DNA from: Nitrospirota bacterium
GTDB taxonomy: Bacteria > Nitrospirota > UBA9217
NCBI GenBank assembly: GCA_963749655.1
Contig: CAVVOB010000013.1
Coordinates: 160,001 to 224,000 of the forward strand
Reading direction: 5' to 3'
DNA: 64,000 bases
Positions 59,120 through 64,000 of the stretch are shown one piece after another; position 1 is the stretch's first letter; every line of letters begins with the position of its first letter. A model generated the notes under the pieces. It was given only the letters and a program-made list of their open reading frames with translations, did no database searches and was not told the origin of the DNA. A program made the translations under genes and the position numbers.

Positions 59120-59671
59120 TTACCTCGTTGTTGTCGTGGTCACGCTCTGCGGCACGACTGTCGACGTCTGGATCGATGTCAGGAACTGCCAGTCGCTGTA
59201 TTTCTCCTTGCCCTCGAAATTAATGTACTGGTCCGGGAAGTTCGTCTGCTTCAGCGGCGTCTTTTCGCTTTTGCTGTAGACACCGATGATGCGCTTGCTG
59301 AGCTGGTCCCGGAGGAGCTCGAAGTCCTCGCCGGTCATGGGGTCCTTGTACTGCCTGCGCAGGTGGCGCTTGCCGGTCGGCGTGCGGCTGTCCTTGAGCA
59401 GCTCCTCCACGCTGGGGGGGTACTGGGGCCTGCCGGGCAGCGCATAGTAGTACCGTTCAATGGCCAGGCGGTACTGGTCTCCCCGGAAGAGCAGTTCCTC
59501 CTCCCTGTCGCGCGCCATGACATTCTGCCAGTACTTGCCTGCCGCGCCGAGGCTGATGCCGATGATGGCGAGCACGAAGATCAGCCCGATATACGTGAAG
59601 CCCCGTGAAACACGGATCGCCGCAGGTTGATCGGGCGTTCTTTCTCTTCCGGTCCGGGGTCCCCGCTCCAT
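59120..59671 (-). CDS. Type II secretion pseudopilin-like protein
   Basis: Prepilin cleavage motif RGFTYIGL plus TM; REEELLFRG and HLRRQYKDPMTG. Confidence 0.85.
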   Translation of the reverse strand: MERGPRTGRERTPDQPAAIRVSRGFTYIGLIFVLAIIGISLGAAGKYWQNVMARDREEELLFRGDQYRLAIERYYYALPGRPQYPPSVEELLKDSRTPTGKRHLRRQYKDPMTGEDFELLRDQLSKRIIGVYSKSEKTPLKQTNFPDQYINFEGKEKYSDWQFLTSIQTSTVVPQSVTTTTTR

Positions 59672-59702
59672 GATCGCCGGCGAAAACCACGTCCGACTGT
59701 CC

Positions 59703-62700
59703 TCATTCGACCTTCCCTTGCCGCAGGAACTTCCCGTTGCATTCGTAGGAAAGCTCCGCCGTGGCGCGGCTGCGGCTGCCCGCGTCAGGGCTTCGGTAGA
59801 GGTACTGGAGCCTTTGGGGGGCGGTGTCCGCCGTCATTTCATAGAACACGGTGTTTCCTGTTTCCGTCCCGCCCTCGCTCGTCCACAGGACGCGTGCGCC
59901 CTGGGGAAGCGTTATCATCACGCGCGCTTTGACCGGTCCGCCGTTCGCCGTCACGAGAAGTTCTTCCCCCCGGATAGCGCCCTCGTCGTTTCCTTCGGGG
60001 GCAGCACTGCTCACGGCGGAGCGGATCAGCAGACTATACGGCGGTGTGGTGCCTGCATCGCGCGCCGAGCGGGTGATGGAAAAAGGCATCATCAGGACGC
60101 GTCCTGCTCCTGCTTTATCGATCAGCGCAAGGGGCTCATGGCCGGGGCCGACCAGGGCTACGGCCTTTGCTCCCTCCCTGGCGGGAAGGTACACAGTCCC
60201 GCTTATCGGAACCGATCCCGACAGGCTCATTCCCGAATCTTGCGGAAAGGTGAGGAAGAAGCTCTTTCCGGCGAGCGGAGCGCTGAACCGGAACCCGAAA
60301 TTCTCGGCTGCCCCCGGCTTCGTTCGCCCGGCCCGATGATCACGAGCGTGCTGCCGTGGGTCACGCGGTCCTGGAGCCATGCCGTCTGTTCGAGCGGTTC
60401 GTCGATATCGAAGAGCAGGAAGATATTGTAGAGCCCGCCCATGGCCTGGTTCTTGAAGTCCGCGGCGGAGTCCACGGTCCGGTAAAAGACGTCGTCGCTA
60501 AAGGCCTGTTTCACGATATTCTGGGCGATGGCCTGTTCCAGCGTGGTGGAAGACTTCCCGATCCAGATCAGGACACGGGGGAGGGGGCTTCGCCCCCTGG
60601 ACATTTCCGCCGGCGCCTTGACATTCAGCGCCTGCTCAGCCAGAAGAAACTCGCGCGTTACGCCGTATTCCGAGTTCGTCACCGACGCTTTCAAGGTGAC
60701 CACATAGTTTCCCTGCGGGAAGTCCATCCGTTCGAAGCGCACGGGCTTCGTGTCCGTGGAAAAGGGGAACTGGCCTGTGTAGGCCGACATACCGGAAGAG
60801 GCAGACCTGACGGCGAGCTTTACCTGACCTGCTGAAACAGGAATGTTTCCGACGCTCTGGAGGCCGTATTCGATCGTAAAGGGCAGGCACTGGGCCGCTT
60901 TCTGAGGCGTTCTGTCGAGTGTTCCCGCGACGGCGAGCGTGGGTACGATTGTTGCCGCGGAAGAAGCCGCAACGAGCGGATTATTCGCTCCCTGGGACAG
61001 CCGGGCCTGGAGGCGATATCCGCCCGCAGGCAGCCGCGGCGCCAGGAACGTCCGGTCGATCTGCTTCTCCGATCCCGGATCGATATCCGGAAACGCCACG
61101 GTCTCCGAGGACAGGGTGTTGCCGCGCGGTCCGATGACGTCGATCCGGAGACTGAGATTTTGATAAGGCTTGTCGGCGAGGTTCGCGGCTGCGACCCTGT
61201 ACACGATGCCTTCGTCGGCGCTCACCGGCTCCTTGCGCTGTTTGAGCGCCAGGACCACAGGAGGAACATTCAGCTTCAGGGACGCGTTAATGTTTTTCTC
61301 CTGCAGCGCCGTCTTGCCGCTGACGGCGTCCACAACGGCCGACAGCGTCCGTTCGCCGGCCTTCCCTGTAAGGTTCCAATCGATGGCCGCGACGTGTTCT
61401 GCGTCGGCCGGCAGCTGCGGGACATCGGCCCTGCCGATCAGCCGTCCCTTCCTCGAGGGGTCGCCTTCATACAAGGCGACGCGAACCGCTCCCGAAGGAC
61501 TCCTGCCGCGGTTCCGGACAATGACGCTGACGGGCGCGACCAGGCCGGTGATCTCTCCGGTCCGGAGACTGATGGTCAGATCGGGTAATTGGGCCCCGTA
61601 GATGAAGGGCCGTTCCAGGGAGCCGGCGAGGGCGTCTGCCGTGATGACGGCCTTCAGGCGATGGAGGCCCGGTCCGGGGTCGGGAATTGAAAATACGGGG
61701 ACGGAAAGGCCGGTGAGGGTGAGCTTTTCCTTGTCGATCCTCTTATCGTCCCGGTAGACCTCGATCGCGGCTTTGCCGCTACCGAAGACATAGACCGAAA
61801 GATCGATCGGCCCTGCCGGCTCGTAGGAAACCGGCCGTGACGGAGCTATTCCCAAAAGCGCGGCATTCCCCGCGTCGAGCAGGATACGGCCCGAGGCAAG
61901 GGCAACCGGTTCCGCGGGAAAGCCCGGTCCTGCGGGAAGCCGCGTCAAAAAGCTGTACTGGAGCTCCCAGATACCGGACCGGTCGGGCTTGAAGGGGAAG
62001 GAGATCGTCACCTCCTGGTCGCCTGGAGCAAGAGCAACACGCTTTTCACCGGCGGGCACAAAGACGCCGTCGGGTCTGCGGAGCCTGAGCTTCAGCTGCG
62101 TTGAAACCGCCAGGTCGCTTCGGACGCCGAACCGGCACGTACTGTCTCCGTTGCCAGCGCGCGCAAGCTCGGCGCGCCGGATCTGCACGCGGTATCCCGC
62201 TACATTGATCGGGGCGTCACCCGACCGGGCAGCGTGGCCCAGCGACTCGAGGTCCCAGTGGAGGTTGTAGGTCCCGGCAGGCAGCGGCGCGGGCAGGGGA
62301 AATTCCGTCCGAAAGTCGCCGGAGACCACCTGGTTCTCCACATAGCCGGGACCGGCCAGCGTCAGTTCTCCTTTTCCCATCTTGGACAGTTTCAGCGCGA
62401 CCTTGTCTCCGGGAACATACAGGTCACGGTCGAGCACGATCCCCTTTCCGTCGGGCGAAGGGGCGGTCACGGCGAGTCGCGCTATTGACCGTCCCGAGGG
62501 GGCATAGGCATTGACGGATATGGGGCCCGGCAAGGCGGTTTCCGGAACGTCGAAGGACAGGGTCGTTTTATCCGCGCTCGGCGTGAACCGCTGTTCCCGG
62601 CCCAAGGCGCGCACGAGGATTGTGGTCCCGCTTCCGGACGGTTTGCCGTCCGCGGACAGATCGACGATGAGCCGGTCTGTTTTTTTCAGGCGCTCCCAGC

Positions 62701-63940
62701 GGGCATTCATACGCAGATGAAGCGGAGCGCCCCCGGGAGATTCGGTCTTACGGGTCAGTGCCGCAGTCGGCGGCTGCCCCACGGAAAACCCTCCTCCGCT
62801 GCTTTCCACCCTGCCGGACAGGGCTTTGCCCGAGGCGTCGAGGAGTACGTATTCGAAGCGGTAAAGGCCCGGCCGAATGTTGTTCGGGATCGTGTTAGGG
62901 AGTACGAGCGATGCAGGCCGGTCATTGCCGATCCTCTCCGCAAGCGGGCGGGGCTGTTCGGTCCTTTCATCGTCAGGACCGACGACGAAGATCCTGATCG
63001 CCGCGGCCTCGCCCTGTTCGGGACCGCGGAACGGGACCGCGAGTTCGAGCTTGTCGCCTTTTTTTGCCATGACGGCGCGATCAGCGGATTTTGCCCAGAG
63101 CACGAGGTCCCGGAGCAGGATTTCCTCGTCCGGTTCGAGACGCTCATATGCGGAAGAAAAGTCCGGGAAGAGCGTGGCGACCACAATCCGTCCCGCGCCG
63201 TAAGGATAGACGATGAGCGTCGCGAACCCATCGGACCGGGACAGGAGCACCGAGGATTCAGCCGGGTACGAGGCAAGATAGCCGCTTGATTCGACGTCGG
63301 GAGTGTTCTTGGTCGTGCCGGCAAGCGCCGGGTGAGGGTTGCGTATTGATGAGGCGCCGAAGAGGGGCCCGGCGTCCTCGTTCCATCCCTTTGCCTCGAG
63401 GACGGAACCGGCGGGGACCGGCAGGGCGGAGAAGTCCGTTCCCTGCTGCTGGGCAAAGCAGAGGACGATGCCGCCGGAGCGCGCATATTCTTCGAGCCCT
63501 GCCTTGAAGAATTTCGATCCTGAGAGACCCTGGAGGCCGCCCGTCGGTATGATCAGGTAGGGCTTTGTTTTTTCGATCCCGGCGATCCTGTCAGGCTCGA
63601 CGAAGGCCGAGGGCTCCCTGAATCGGGCAAGGAGCGAGGGCCAGGATTCGAAAAAACCGCTTTTGAGCACCGCGGCATCGGGCCCGGCAATGAGCTCCTC
63701 GTCGAGGAGGCTGCCGTGCACACCCTTTTTTGCCCCGGTCCGGGCCACCCATGCCGGATCGGGCCGGGGAGAAGCGGGCGCTTCCTGGCGGAAGTAGTCG
63801 CTCAGCGTCGGGCTGCCTGTCACGGGGATCCAGACGGCATTATCGGCCGCCTCCTGTCCGGGGGCAGGCGATGAAGACAGCGCGATCAGAAGGGCGGCTG
63901 CGAGAATCAGCGATATGGCGGATCGTGTGAATATCATCAT
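59703..63940 (-). CDS. Very large exported multidomain protein with CARDB/Ig-like domains, one frameshift near 60320
   Basis: Signal peptide MMIFTRSAISLILAAALL; LPDLTI...VRNRG...VALYEGDP...AVVD CARDB-like segment; ORFs 60227-63997 and 59703-60380 overlap. Confidence 0.7.
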
Positions 63941-64000
63941 GGATTTGCTTTCTGCATGCCGGATGCCGGTGTTCAGGTCAGGGAGGGTGCGTGGCATTTC

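Overview
Bacterial chromosomal window, GC-rich in coding regions. Gene content suggests an anaerobic Nitrospirota- or Desulfobacterota-like organism (inference, not a database result). From left to right it holds: a complete A/V-type ATP synthase operon (H-I-K-E-C-F-A-B-D); an Ig-repeat lipoprotein; an intact ISL3 with an 8-bp target duplication; a frameshifted PDZ histidine kinase and NarL-type regulator; a 1940-aa multiheme cytochrome c (19 heme motifs) behind a sigma54-type promoter; redox and stress genes; a selenocysteine formate dehydrogenase linked to AsrA/AsrB-like subunits; pyk; DUF362; an AT-rich cassette-like island with an IS3 that splits a membrane gene; rsmI, nadE, larC, larB and gpsA; a Liv-type ABC transporter; a Zn dehydrogenase with lsrF; a pseudopilin; and a large CARDB-like exported protein. 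The most striking unexplained structure is non-coding. About 20 intergenic gaps hold elements with one architecture: 3-5 tandem 7-10-nt units, an AT-rich spacer, then the same units inverted. Their unit sequences are unrelated to each other. One element is amplified into a ~188-bp tandem array, some have mismatched arms, and one arm abuts a four-helix-bundle gene. Frameshifts cluster at 14-17 kb and 49.5-60.4 kb and are probably sequencing errors. No rRNA, tRNA or CRISPR array was seen.
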